From assembly GCA_965216565.1 (NCBI GenBank), contig OZ244170.1:4288001-4352000 (forward strand): a DNA stretch of 64,000 bases, given 5' to 3'. Source of the DNA: Bythopirellula sp. Lineage in GTDB: Bacteria > Planctomycetota > Planctomycetia > Pirellulales > Lacipirellulaceae. The notes under the pieces are model-generated. The model had not been told where the DNA came from, did not search any database, and was given only the letters and a program-made list of their open reading frames with translations. Shown here piece by piece: positions 29,552 to 40,304 of the stretch. Numbering within the stretch: position 1 is the stretch's first letter; each line of letters opens with the position of its first letter. The position numbers were made by a program, and so were the translations under genes.

Positions 29552-29711
29552 TGCCAAAATGGCACTGCTTGCCAAGTCGCCGGCCTTCACTTGCCACTCT
29601 GACACCTGCCATAATGACAAAGTCGTCTGGAGCGAGTATTTGTAAGTTGTTTGCAGATAGTTATTTACGGGAATTGTTGGAAGTTGTGATTTGATTGGCA
29701 CGCGGAGTGCA
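29552..29711 (+). promoter_or_regulatory. Sigma54 promoter of hsp20 with three upstream palindromic activator sites
   Basis: TTGGCACGCGGAGTGCA at 29695-29711 (GG-N10-GC); TGCCA-N3-TG(G/A)CA at 29552, 29592 and 29607. Confidence 0.7.
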
Positions 29712-29803
29712 TTTTCTCGCTTCGAACAATTGTCAGCCTGCCTAACCGATTTAGTGAGGTGGGTTGTGAGAGAAGAGTTTCCAGGTTTTAGGAGGAACAA
29801 GTT

Positions 29804-30235
29804 ATGACTAATTGCAACTCGAAGAACCGTTTGCAGAACTACTTTCCATCCCAACTTAGTGACGTAGACGCGTTGGTCAGCCAATTTTTTGGTCCCGGAC
29901 TTAAGAGTATTCAACGGGCCTATTTTGCACCGGCTAGCGTGTGGGAAGAGGACGAAGCTTACCACGTGCAGCTCGACGTTCCCGGCGTATCGAAGGAAGA
30001 TGTCGAGATAACATTCGACAAAGGCAAGCTGAGTATTTCCGTAGAACGCGCAACTCCTGAGGAGCGACCAAATCGCCATCATGAGGAGCGAACATACGGC
30101 AAAGCTGTACGAGAAATTGCCCTGTCTTCACAGGTCGATCCGGAGAGCATTTCTGCGGAGCTAACCAACGGCGTTCTGCACGTCACCGTGACGAAAACGC
30201 CTGAGGCTCAGCCAAGACGGATTGAGGTTAATTAG
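29804..30235 (+). CDS. Hsp20/alpha-crystallin small heat-shock protein
   Basis: LDVPGVSKEDVEI, ERTYG, ISAELTNGVLHVTV; C-terminal IEV; RBS AGGAGG. Confidence 0.93.
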   Translation: MTNCNSKNRLQNYFPSQLSDVDALVSQFFGPGLKSIQRAYFAPASVWEEDEAYHVQLDVPGVSKEDVEITFDKGKLSISVERATPEERPNRHHEERTYGKAVREIALSSQVDPESISAELTNGVLHVTVTKTPEAQPRRIEVN

Positions 30236-30287
30236 TGACAAGGCACTGTGGGCCGATTAGTAATGCCCGAATGTGCCAATTCCCCTG

Positions 30288-30320
30288 AGGGTCGTACCAT
30301 TTGGTGCGGCCCTTTTTTTT
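30288..30320 (+). terminator. Rho-independent terminator after hsp20
   Basis: AGGGTCGTACCA-TT-TGGTGCGGCCC followed by TTTTTTTT. Confidence 0.85.
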
Positions 30321-30339
30321 GTAGACTAAGTTCTCTGCC

Positions 30340-30726
30340 CTACCCTACCAGCCAGCGGCCCAACAGCAAACCGGCGAAAACGGCGGCCAGTCCCAGCACA
30401 AGATTGGCCCCAACATTCAAAGCCGCGACGTTATGCTGCGTCTTCTCAATAAATCGGGCTGTCTCAAAGCCGAACGTTGAAAATGTGGTGAGCGCTCCCA
30501 AGAATCCAATCGTCGCCGCGGAATGGGTGATTGCGTTCCATCTCGGAATATCGGCTGACTCGAAGGGAACGAAGAGTCCCAACAGGAAACAGCCAGCCAC
30601 GTTTACCACCAGCGTGCCGAATGCGAAGTGGTCTCCCAGCCAACGTGCGCAAGCCAGATTCACGCCATAACGACTCACTGCCCCGAGGGCACCACCTACG
30701 GCAATTGCAAGAATATGAGAATTCAT
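30340..30726 (-). CDS. crcB: Fluoride channel Fluc/CrcB
   Basis: GGALGAVSRY, GTLVVNVAGCF, GFLGALTTFSTF. Confidence 0.95.
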   Translation of the reverse strand: MNSHILAIAVGGALGAVSRYGVNLACARWLGDHFAFGTLVVNVAGCFLLGLFVPFESADIPRWNAITHSAATIGFLGALTTFSTFGFETARFIEKTQHNVAALNVGANLVLGLAAVFAGLLLGRWLVG

Positions 30727-30957
30727 CGTGCCACTATTGAACTCGATAGCTAGCTGGTCAACAACCAGCAGCGGTATTGTCTGAGGGTCTCACTTAGAAA
30801 ACCCGGTGAATCGAGCGCATCGAGTGCGGTTTGCTCCCTCGGCTTAAACTTTTGGGGGACCTGCTCGTCCAACCCCGTGAGAGTTTCCTAGACACCCTCT
30901 GTACCGTAAATGTTATATTGGCAACGGAGATTCACCACTGAACTGAGAGATAGGCAC

Positions 30958-32949
30958 ATGCGTTGGTCGGTAGGAATTTTAATTTTATGGAGCCTGGTCA
31001 CCGTTGATTCGCGGGTGGTTGCTGAATCAAATCCATCGGCGGTTCCCCATCGCGCCGTTTCTAACTTTTCGTTGCCCGATGTTTATGGTAAGCCTCACGA
31101 ATTGGCCGACTACGCAGAGAACCAACTCATTGTTGTGGCTTTTCTCGGTACCGAGTGCCCCTTGGCCAAACTGTACGGCGGCAGGCTGGCTAAGCTTGCC
31201 GAAGAATTTGAATCGCAGGGCGTCAAATTTCTGGGCGTCAATTCCAATCGCCAAGACTCGCTAACCGAAATTGCAGCCTACGGGCGGCGATACAACATCG
31301 ACTTTCCACTGCTGAAAGATACCAAGGCCGAAGTCGCCGAAAAGTTTGGTGCCACCCGTACCCCGGAAGTCTTTTTGCTCGACTCGTCACGGCAAATCCG
31401 TTATCAGGGTCGCATCGACGATCAGTATGGCGTTGGCTACAGCCGCAACGCTCCCGAGCGCGAAGAATTGCTGGAAGCGATCGAAGCATTGCTCGCGGGA
31501 CGCGCCATCGAGCTGGTGAAGACCGAGGCGGTCGGTTGTTTGCTTGGCAAACCTCGAGAACCGGATGCGGATAGCCCAATCACTTACTCCAACCAGATCT
31601 CTCGGATCTTGCAGAAGCATTGTGTCGAGTGCCATCGCGACGGCGAGATTGGCCCCTTTGCCCTCACCGAATACGACGAGGTCGTTGGTTGGGGAGAGAT
31701 GATCGAAGAGGTGGTCCGTACCCAGCGAATGCCACCCTGGGGTGCTAGCCCAGATCACGGGAAGTTTCTCAATGCACGTGAGATGTCGGACGAAGAGAAG
31801 CAACTTATCTACGATTGGGTGCAGGCCGGGGCTCCTGAAGGCGACCCGCAGGAGTTGCCCGCCCCTCGCGAATTCGTCTCCGGATGGCGACTGCCGCGTG
31901 AGCCCGATCTGGTCGTCCCAATGAGCGAGAAGCCTTTTTCGGTCCCAGCCGAGGGAGTGGTCGAATACCAATACTTTGCCGCCGACCCGGGATTCGAAGA
32001 AGATACTTGGATTGCTGCCTCCGACGTAGTGCCGGGCGAGCGGAGCGTTGTCCATCATGTGATCGTCTTTATTAGCCCGCCGGAAGAGCGCAGCCGCCGC
32101 GGGCTCGGTTGGCTTGCTGCTTATGTGCCGGGCCAGAGTTCGATGCAATTGCCCACCGGTCAGGCGCGACTGGTGCCGGCAGGTTCAAAATTGATTTTCC
32201 AATTACATTACACGCCCAACGGGTCGCCCCAAGAAGACCTCACCAAGATCGGACTTGTATTTGCCGAACCAGAGACGGTTACCGAGGAGATCATCACGGT
32301 CGTGGCCTTGGAAGAGAAATTTGAAATACCCGCGCAGGTAGAAAACTACAAAGTCTCCACAACACGTCGGCATTGGCCGGCCGCAGGTCGGTTATTGGCC
32401 ATGTCGCCACACATGCACGTGCGGGGCAAGTCGTTCCGTTTCGAGGCGATTTGGCCGGAAGGATCCGAGGAGCGTCGCGAGATATTGCTCGACATCCCCA
32501 ACTACGATTTCAATTGGCAAAACAGTTATCAACTAGCTGAGCCGATTGAGATTCCCCAGGGCTTCGCGATTGAATGCATCGCTCGCTACGACAATTCCGA
32601 GCAGAACTTGGTGAATCCCGACCCCAATGCAGTGGTGCGTTGGGGAGATCAAACCTGGGACGAAATGATGATTGGTTTTTTCGAAGTTGCCGTGCCCCGT
32701 GGCTATTGGGAATCGAGGCAAAGTCGTCAACCAAAAGAGCCCTCCGCAGCCGACAAGGAGCGAGCCCAAAAAACGGCCGATACTTTGTTTGAACGATTCG
32801 ATGCCAATCGCGATGGGCGCATCGACCGAGACGAATTGCCCTCCACGTTCCGAATCTTTGCTTTTCATCGGTACGACTGGAACGACGATCGTGTGATCAC
32901 CATCGAGGAAGTCTACAAGTTTGCCTTGGAGTCGGACGGCCATGGATAG
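30958..32949 (+). CDS. Secreted redoxin + haem c + PHM/DBM-like copper monooxygenase + EF-hand multidomain protein
   Basis: GTECPLA..TPE..YQGRIDD (redoxin); CVECH and MPPW (haem c); VVHHV, PHMHVRG, DEMM; DANRDGRIDRDE. Confidence 0.82.
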   Translation: MRWSVGILILWSLVTVDSRVVAESNPSAVPHRAVSNFSLPDVYGKPHELADYAENQLIVVAFLGTECPLAKLYGGRLAKLAEEFESQGVKFLGVNSNRQDSLTEIAAYGRRYNIDFPLLKDTKAEVAEKFGATRTPEVFLLDSSRQIRYQGRIDDQYGVGYSRNAPEREELLEAIEALLAGRAIELVKTEAVGCLLGKPREPDADSPITYSNQISRILQKHCVECHRDGEIGPFALTEYDEVVGWGEMIEEVVRTQRMPPWGASPDHGKFLNAREMSDEEKQLIYDWVQAGAPEGDPQELPAPREFVSGWRLPREPDLVVPMSEKPFSVPAEGVVEYQYFAADPGFEEDTWIAASDVVPGERSVVHHVIVFISPPEERSRRGLGWLAAYVPGQSSMQLPTGQARLVPAGSKLIFQLHYTPNGSPQEDLTKIGLVFAEPETVTEEIITVVALEEKFEIPAQVENYKVSTTRRHWPAAGRLLAMSPHMHVRGKSFRFEAIWPEGSEERREILLDIPNYDFNWQNSYQLAEPIEIPQGFAIECIARYDNSEQNLVNPDPNAVVRWGDQTWDEMMIGFFEVAVPRGYWESRQSRQPKEPSAADKERAQKTADTLFERFDANRDGRIDRDELPSTFRIFAFHRYDWNDDRVITIEEVYKFALESDGHG

Positions 32950-33028
32950 CATAATCCCGGGCTGGATGCTGGAACGAATGAAATTGCCGACTCAACCTCG
33001 CAGATAACACGAAACAGACTAGACGCAA

Positions 33029-35347
33029 ATGAATTGGCTTGCTGAATGCTTTGCTCGGGCGCGCTGGTCGTTCGGTTTGTTTCTTCTGGTGATGAGTTCT
33101 CTGGCCATTTGGGGCTATCGACCCCAACCGGCCGAACGCCCTGCGGTTCGTAGTTTGGATGAGTTGGCAGAGAGCCAGGATGCTGAGCCCGAGGAGGTTG
33201 TTGAGGACCTGCTCGATACGTCCCAAGTCACGAGCGAGTTTAATCTCAATCGTAGCGACGCTTTTCTGGTAGTGGAGTGCAGCGATCTCTTTCGTCCCGA
33301 GTCGGCCCGGGCGCTGCGTGCGATGGTGGCCGCGGTCGAGGGCTTGCCAGTCGTCGATACGGTATTTTGGCTGGACAATGTTCCGATGCTCAATGTCTTT
33401 GGCTTTGCCGAGCCGTTGTTTCCGGAGAACGATGCTTCGAGCGAGAGCTTTCGCCAAGCGGAGCAGCGCCTGCTAAATCATCCCTTGGCTCGTGGCCAGT
33501 TGATCTCTCCCGATGGCAAAACGTTGATGATGCCACTCGTCTACGATTGGCTTTATCTCGAAGAGAATGAAGATCTGACCACATCGGTAGTTCAAGCTGC
33601 CGATCGGGCGATCGAAGAGCAACTAGCGACACTCTCTGAGGCAGACCGCCCAGAGTTTCGTGTGCGGATCACAGGGAGGATTCCGTTGTTCATTGCGCAG
33701 GAGGCAGCCTTTGATCGAAACCAGGTTGTCTTCCGCACGATTGGCTATGGGCTGGCTTTGCTGTTGTCGATCATCATGTTTCGGGGCTTCTCGGCGGTGT
33801 TGATCCTCTCTGCCGCACCTATGCTGGGCGTGTTCTGGAGTTTCGGTCTGCTGAAGTTCGCCGGCGTGTATATCAACGAGCTTTCCACGGTCGTCATGCC
33901 TCTGTTGGTTTCGATGATTGGCCTTACCGATGGTGTGCATTTGTTGGTGAACATTCGCCGTCGCCGCGTGGCGGGGGACACCCCCTTGGAAGCATCCAAG
34001 TGGGTGATTTCTCACGTGGGAGTGGCGTGCCTGCTCACTTCGCTGACGACGGCCATCGGCTTTGGTTCGCTAATGCTTGCCGAAAGTCGATTCGTGCAGG
34101 AATTCGGCGAAGTGTGTATGTACGGAGTATTAATTGCATTTTTGGCGGTGATGTCTTTCATTCCTTTTATGGCCAGTACTTGGCTGGGGAATCGTATTCA
34201 CCATGGCGATCAACGCGACCTGGTCGGCCCCCTGGTCGCCCGTTTTCTGCCGATGGTCGACTGGATTCTCAAGCGGAGATTACTGGTCTCAGGGTTGTCC
34301 ATACTTGTGACACTCGCGATGCTGGCCACCTCGCTGGCGCTGCGACCTGACAATCGCATTGCCAATCAGTTGCCGTCCACCACCGATGCCTACCGGGCAC
34401 TTAGCCATTGCGACGATCAGTTTGGTGGAATCGATTTCTTACAAGTGTGGCTGCGCTGGCCGGAGGAGATGTCCAGCGATGCCCCCGAGATTCTCGCCGC
34501 GGTACGCGACGTCGAGAAGGTGGTCTCCAACGAACCGCTAGTCAGCCATCCCCTTTCGATTCGCAGTATGCTGGCCTCATTTCCCGGTGGGGCCGATGAC
34601 CTGCGGACGCAGATGACCTTTTTGTCCTTGCTGCCGAACGAGCTGCGCGGGTTTTTCTTTCGACCAGAAAACCGTCGTGCCTTGATTGTTACCCGTGTTC
34701 AGGACAAAGGCATTGCACAGTACGTACCGGTGTTTGACCGGATGGACGCAGAACTGGAGAAGTTACAGAAAACGCACGCTGGCTTCGAGTTTTGGCTGGG
34801 TGGGGGTCCGATGTCTCGTGCTAGAAACCTCTACCAGATTGTCATCGATCTGGCGACGAGCCTGGGAGTGGCATCGATCATCATCCTGGTTGTATTGGCA
34901 ATTTTCTACCGATCGTTGCGGATCGGCTTGATCTCGGTGGTGCCCAACATGTTTCCGCTGGTGGCGACCGCCACGCTGCTGGTGGTGATGGGCGAGCCGC
35001 TCTACATGTCGAGCGTTTGTGCCTTTACTGTTTGTTTGGGGATTGCCGTGGACGATACCATCCATTTTCTCTCGCGTTTTCGCCAGGAGGTAGCCGTTGA
35101 TGGCGACACAGAGAACGCCATCCGCCGGACATTTCAGCATGTGGGGACCGCCATGGTGATGACCACCGTCATCTTGGTCTCCGGATTCATGGCGATGCTG
35201 CTCTCCGACCTCCCGGCACACCGCATTTTTGCCGCCATGGCTTGTGCAACCATCGGTTCAGCCATCGTCGGCGACCTGATTGCCCTGCCCGCTTTGCTCT
35301 CTTGCTTTGCAAACGAGGAGGGAACACGCAAGGTACAACCGGAATAA
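33029..35347 (+). CDS. MMPL/RND-superfamily transporter
   Basis: Two TM bundles with IGLTDGVHL and GIAVDDTIHF; LTSLTTAIGFGSL. Confidence 0.9.
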   Translation: MNWLAECFARARWSFGLFLLVMSSLAIWGYRPQPAERPAVRSLDELAESQDAEPEEVVEDLLDTSQVTSEFNLNRSDAFLVVECSDLFRPESARALRAMVAAVEGLPVVDTVFWLDNVPMLNVFGFAEPLFPENDASSESFRQAEQRLLNHPLARGQLISPDGKTLMMPLVYDWLYLEENEDLTTSVVQAADRAIEEQLATLSEADRPEFRVRITGRIPLFIAQEAAFDRNQVVFRTIGYGLALLLSIIMFRGFSAVLILSAAPMLGVFWSFGLLKFAGVYINELSTVVMPLLVSMIGLTDGVHLLVNIRRRRVAGDTPLEASKWVISHVGVACLLTSLTTAIGFGSLMLAESRFVQEFGEVCMYGVLIAFLAVMSFIPFMASTWLGNRIHHGDQRDLVGPLVARFLPMVDWILKRRLLVSGLSILVTLAMLATSLALRPDNRIANQLPSTTDAYRALSHCDDQFGGIDFLQVWLRWPEEMSSDAPEILAAVRDVEKVVSNEPLVSHPLSIRSMLASFPGGADDLRTQMTFLSLLPNELRGFFFRPENRRALIVTRVQDKGIAQYVPVFDRMDAELEKLQKTHAGFEFWLGGGPMSRARNLYQIVIDLATSLGVASIIILVVLAIFYRSLRIGLISVVPNMFPLVATATLLVVMGEPLYMSSVCAFTVCLGIAVDDTIHFLSRFRQEVAVDGDTENAIRRTFQHVGTAMVMTTVILVSGFMAMLLSDLPAHRIFAAMACATIGSAIVGDLIALPALLSCFANEEGTRKVQPE

Positions 35348-35442
35348 CAATACTGACGCTCTTGCAGCGATAGTCGATTGACTATGCCGCGGGCCTCTCG
35401 AACCAGTACAATGAAGTGACTGTCCCCTTTAGTAGCAACGCC

Positions 35443-36024
35443 ATGATCCAGATTGTCGATAATTACGATTCCTTCACCTACAACCTCGTCCAGCGGTTGG
35501 GCGAGATCGATGCGTCGCTGGAAATCCGTGTCGATCGAAATGATGAGACGACGGTCGATGAGATTTTGGAACGTAAGCCCGAACGCGTGATTATCTCCCC
35601 AGGGCCTTGCACACCGAATGAGGCAGGGATTTCTGTGGAGTGTGTCAGCAAGTTTGCCGGCAAACTTCCGCTACTGGGTGTGTGCCTGGGCCACCAATCC
35701 ATTGGACAGGCGCTGGGCGGCAAAATTGTCCGCGCGGGGCGTTTGATGCATGGCAAAACCGATCTCATTCACCACGATGGGACCGGGCTCTTTGCGGGGC
35801 TCGACAATCCGCTGCAAGCGACTCGCTACCATAGCTTAGTCATCCAACCCGAGTCGATGCCGGAGGAACTCGAGGTAACCGCCTGGAGCGACGCACCCAA
35901 CGGCGAGCGAGAGATAATGGCCGTCAAGCATCGAGAACTGCCGTTGTTCGGCTTGCAGTTTCATCCGGAGAGTTTCCTTACGCATGCGGGTACCGACCTG
36001 TTGCGCAACTTCCTGGCGATTTGA
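35443..36024 (+). CDS. trpG: Anthranilate/aminodeoxychorismate synthase component II (TrpG/PabA)
   Basis: DNYDSFTYNL, ISPGP, GVCLGHQ, RYHSL, QFHPES. Confidence 0.9.
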   Translation: MIQIVDNYDSFTYNLVQRLGEIDASLEIRVDRNDETTVDEILERKPERVIISPGPCTPNEAGISVECVSKFAGKLPLLGVCLGHQSIGQALGGKIVRAGRLMHGKTDLIHHDGTGLFAGLDNPLQATRYHSLVIQPESMPEELEVTAWSDAPNGEREIMAVKHRELPLFGLQFHPESFLTHAGTDLLRNFLAI

Positions 36025-36027
36025 AAA

Positions 36028-37236
36028 ATGATTTCTGTTCGCGAAGCCACAGAGTATGTCGCTCAATGGGCCAAAGCATTGCCCGCGGCAGAGGTTCGGT
36101 TTGACGATGCGATCGGTTTGCAACTGGCAGAGCCGGTGGTTAGTTCTGTTGATTCGCCTCCCTTCGACAAATCAATGCTCGATGGCTACGCGGTGTCGAT
36201 CCATGACCAGGCTCCCCAGCGCAAGATCATTGAAGAAGTTCTCGCCGGTGGTGTCCCCCATCATGCCGTGGTGCCGGGGGCCACAATTCGCGTGATGACC
36301 GGTGCCCCCACCCCCGACGGTGCCGACGCTGTGATCAAGCACGAGGATACGAAGCTACTTAATGATTCGACGGTCGAAATCCCTGCGGAACCATTGAAGG
36401 AAAGTGCCGGCATCATGCGTCGGGGCGAGGCATTTCACTCTGGCCAGCAACTCTTAGACGCCGGCAAACGCCTCACGCCGATCGATCTGGCCCTGTTGGC
36501 GGAGATTGGCCAGTGCAGCGTGCGGGTGATTCCCCGCCCGCGGGTGGCCGTGCTTTCCACAGGCAATGAATTGGTTGAATGCGGTACGGCGGTTGGCCCT
36601 GGCCAAATCACGAATAGCAATGGCCCTTTGCTGCAATCCACTCTGCAAGCGGTCCATGCAAAGCCGATCGATCTGGGGATCTGTCGGGACGATCCAGATC
36701 GGCTCCGCGAAGCGATGAGTGAGGGCCTCGAAGCAGACATACTCTTGGTCACCGGCGGTGTTTCGGCCGGGGTGATGGACTTGGTGCCTGGCGTGCTGGA
36801 GGAGTTGGGCGTCAAACAGGTATTTCACAAAGTCAAAATGAAACCCGGCAAACCGATTTGGTTTGGAGTGAGAGAGCGCGAAGATCGTCGCACGCTCGTG
36901 TTCGGGCTGCCCGGCAATCCGGTGAGCGCGCTGGTAGGCATGGAACTGTTTGTCAAACCGGCGCTGCGGGCACTTAGTGGCGAGGTATTTGCCCCGCCCC
37001 GCACAACTCCTGGCGTGCTAACCACAGAAATCGGCCACAAGGGTGGACGTCCAACCTACTATCCTTGCTCCATCGATTTTGAGAACCGAGACTCCGGCAG
37101 AGCAACCGTTGCCACGCTCCCTTGGCGAGGCTCAGCCGACTTGGCCGCGCTCACACGAGCAAATGCGTTGGTGGTCTTACCTGATGGCGACTATGTGTAT
37201 GAGCCGGGGCAAGAAGTCGAAGTGATCATCCTGTGA
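36028..37236 (+). CDS. moeA: Molybdopterin molybdotransferase
   Basis: PPFDKSMLDGYA, MTGAP, STGNEL, TGGVSAG, KPGKP, GLPGNPVS. Confidence 0.95.
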   Translation: MISVREATEYVAQWAKALPAAEVRFDDAIGLQLAEPVVSSVDSPPFDKSMLDGYAVSIHDQAPQRKIIEEVLAGGVPHHAVVPGATIRVMTGAPTPDGADAVIKHEDTKLLNDSTVEIPAEPLKESAGIMRRGEAFHSGQQLLDAGKRLTPIDLALLAEIGQCSVRVIPRPRVAVLSTGNELVECGTAVGPGQITNSNGPLLQSTLQAVHAKPIDLGICRDDPDRLREAMSEGLEADILLVTGGVSAGVMDLVPGVLEELGVKQVFHKVKMKPGKPIWFGVREREDRRTLVFGLPGNPVSALVGMELFVKPALRALSGEVFAPPRTTPGVLTTEIGHKGGRPTYYPCSIDFENRDSGRATVATLPWRGSADLAALTRANALVVLPDGDYVYEPGQEVEVIIL

Positions 37237-37260
37237 TATCCTTCTCTGGAATGCCAAAGA

Positions 37261-37332
37261 GCTGAACCGCTACTGTTTACCCGCCGTGGTGGGCGGTCCG
37301 TCAAAAGCCGGAGGCAGGTGTGCCTCCGGCTA
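37261..37332. repeat. Palindromic extragenic repeat (family B), left copy
   Basis: Its reverse complement matches 40207-40279; contains the hairpin AGCCGGAGGCA-GGTG-TGCCTCCGGCT. Confidence 0.85.
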
Positions 37333-37347
37333 GACAGTGATCGTAAC

Positions 37348-39642
<2,295 letters not shown>

Positions 39643-39664
39643 TTAAATCTCTGTAGGTCATTTC

Positions 39665-40099
39665 TTATCCGGCTGCACTCGTGGTCGCGCGGAGACATTT
39701 GGGACAGGTGCCCCAGTAAATCACTTCCGCCTCGTCAATCTGGTAGCCTGAATCGGCGGCGGCTGTTAAACATGGCGTATCGCCAACCGCACAGTCGACG
39801 TCGACGGTCTTTCCGCAATTGCGACAAATGAGGTGATGGTGATTGTCACCAACACGATCTTCGTACCGGGCAGGTGATCCCGCGGGTTGGATGCGGCGGA
39901 TAATGCATTTCTCGGCCAGCATGCCAAGCGCGTCGTACACGGCTTGTCGTGAGATGGTGCCGATCTCACCGCGAACGGATTCGGCAACTTCATCGGCCGT
40001 GCAGTGGGGCCGACGCGATACGGCCTGCAACACGGCAATACGCTGAGCAGTCACCTGCAGGCCATGTTTCCGGAGCGCTTCGGCGGGTTCGCTGGACAT
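39665..40099 (-). CDS. furA: Fur-family peroxide-responsive regulator, FurA-like
   Basis: [54 protein letters not shown]. Confidence 0.85.
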   Translation of the reverse strand: MSSEPAEALRKHGLQVTAQRIAVLQAVSRRPHCTADEVAESVRGEIGTISRQAVYDALGMLAEKCIIRRIQPAGSPARYEDRVGDNHHHLICRNCGKTVDVDCAVGDTPCLTAAADSGYQIDEAEVIYWGTCPKCLRATTSAAG

Positions 40100-40105
40100 G
40101 CCCGG

Positions 40106-40136
40106 ATCATAGAGCAACTATGGATTTTGTCAAGAA
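40106..40136 (-). promoter_or_regulatory. Sigma70 promoter of furA-katG, probably leaderless, overlapping a candidate Fur/FurA box
   Basis: Minus strand TTGACA(40133-40128)-16 nt-TATGAT(40111-40106)-6 nt-ATG. Confidence 0.7.
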
Positions 40137-40206
40137 TTAGAACCAATCTATTTTGACGGCGTTCGACTAGCGATTGCCTGCCATTGAAAATCAGCGCGCA
40201 TTGCAT

Positions 40207-40279
40207 TAGCCGGAGGCACACTTGCCTCCGACGAATCAGCGGACCGCCCACCACGGCGGGTAAACAGTGGCGGTCCGGC
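40207..40279. repeat. Palindromic extragenic repeat (family B), right copy, inverted relative to 37261-37332
   Basis: TAGCCGGAGGCACACTTGCCTCCG...CGGACCGCCCACCACGGCGGGTAAACAGTGGCGGT. Confidence 0.85.
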
Positions 40280-40304
40280 TATCGAGCGAACACTATCCGA
40301 CGGC

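Noticed and set aside
29695..29711. CIRCE/HrcA operator before hsp20
   Set aside because: TTGGCAC...GAGTGC lacks the 9-nt spacer of CIRCE; the spacing fits a sigma54 -24/-12 element instead
29360..30082. 240-aa minus-strand ORF across the hsp20 promoter; also 43851-44396 and the long 5' extensions at 46145 and 62131
   Set aside because: Overlap real genes, promoters or repeats; no motifs; true starts are better supported downstream
30727..30910. Fluoride riboswitch upstream of crcB
   Set aside because: No GGCGATGG...CTGATGA.xCCTAC-type consensus on the minus strand
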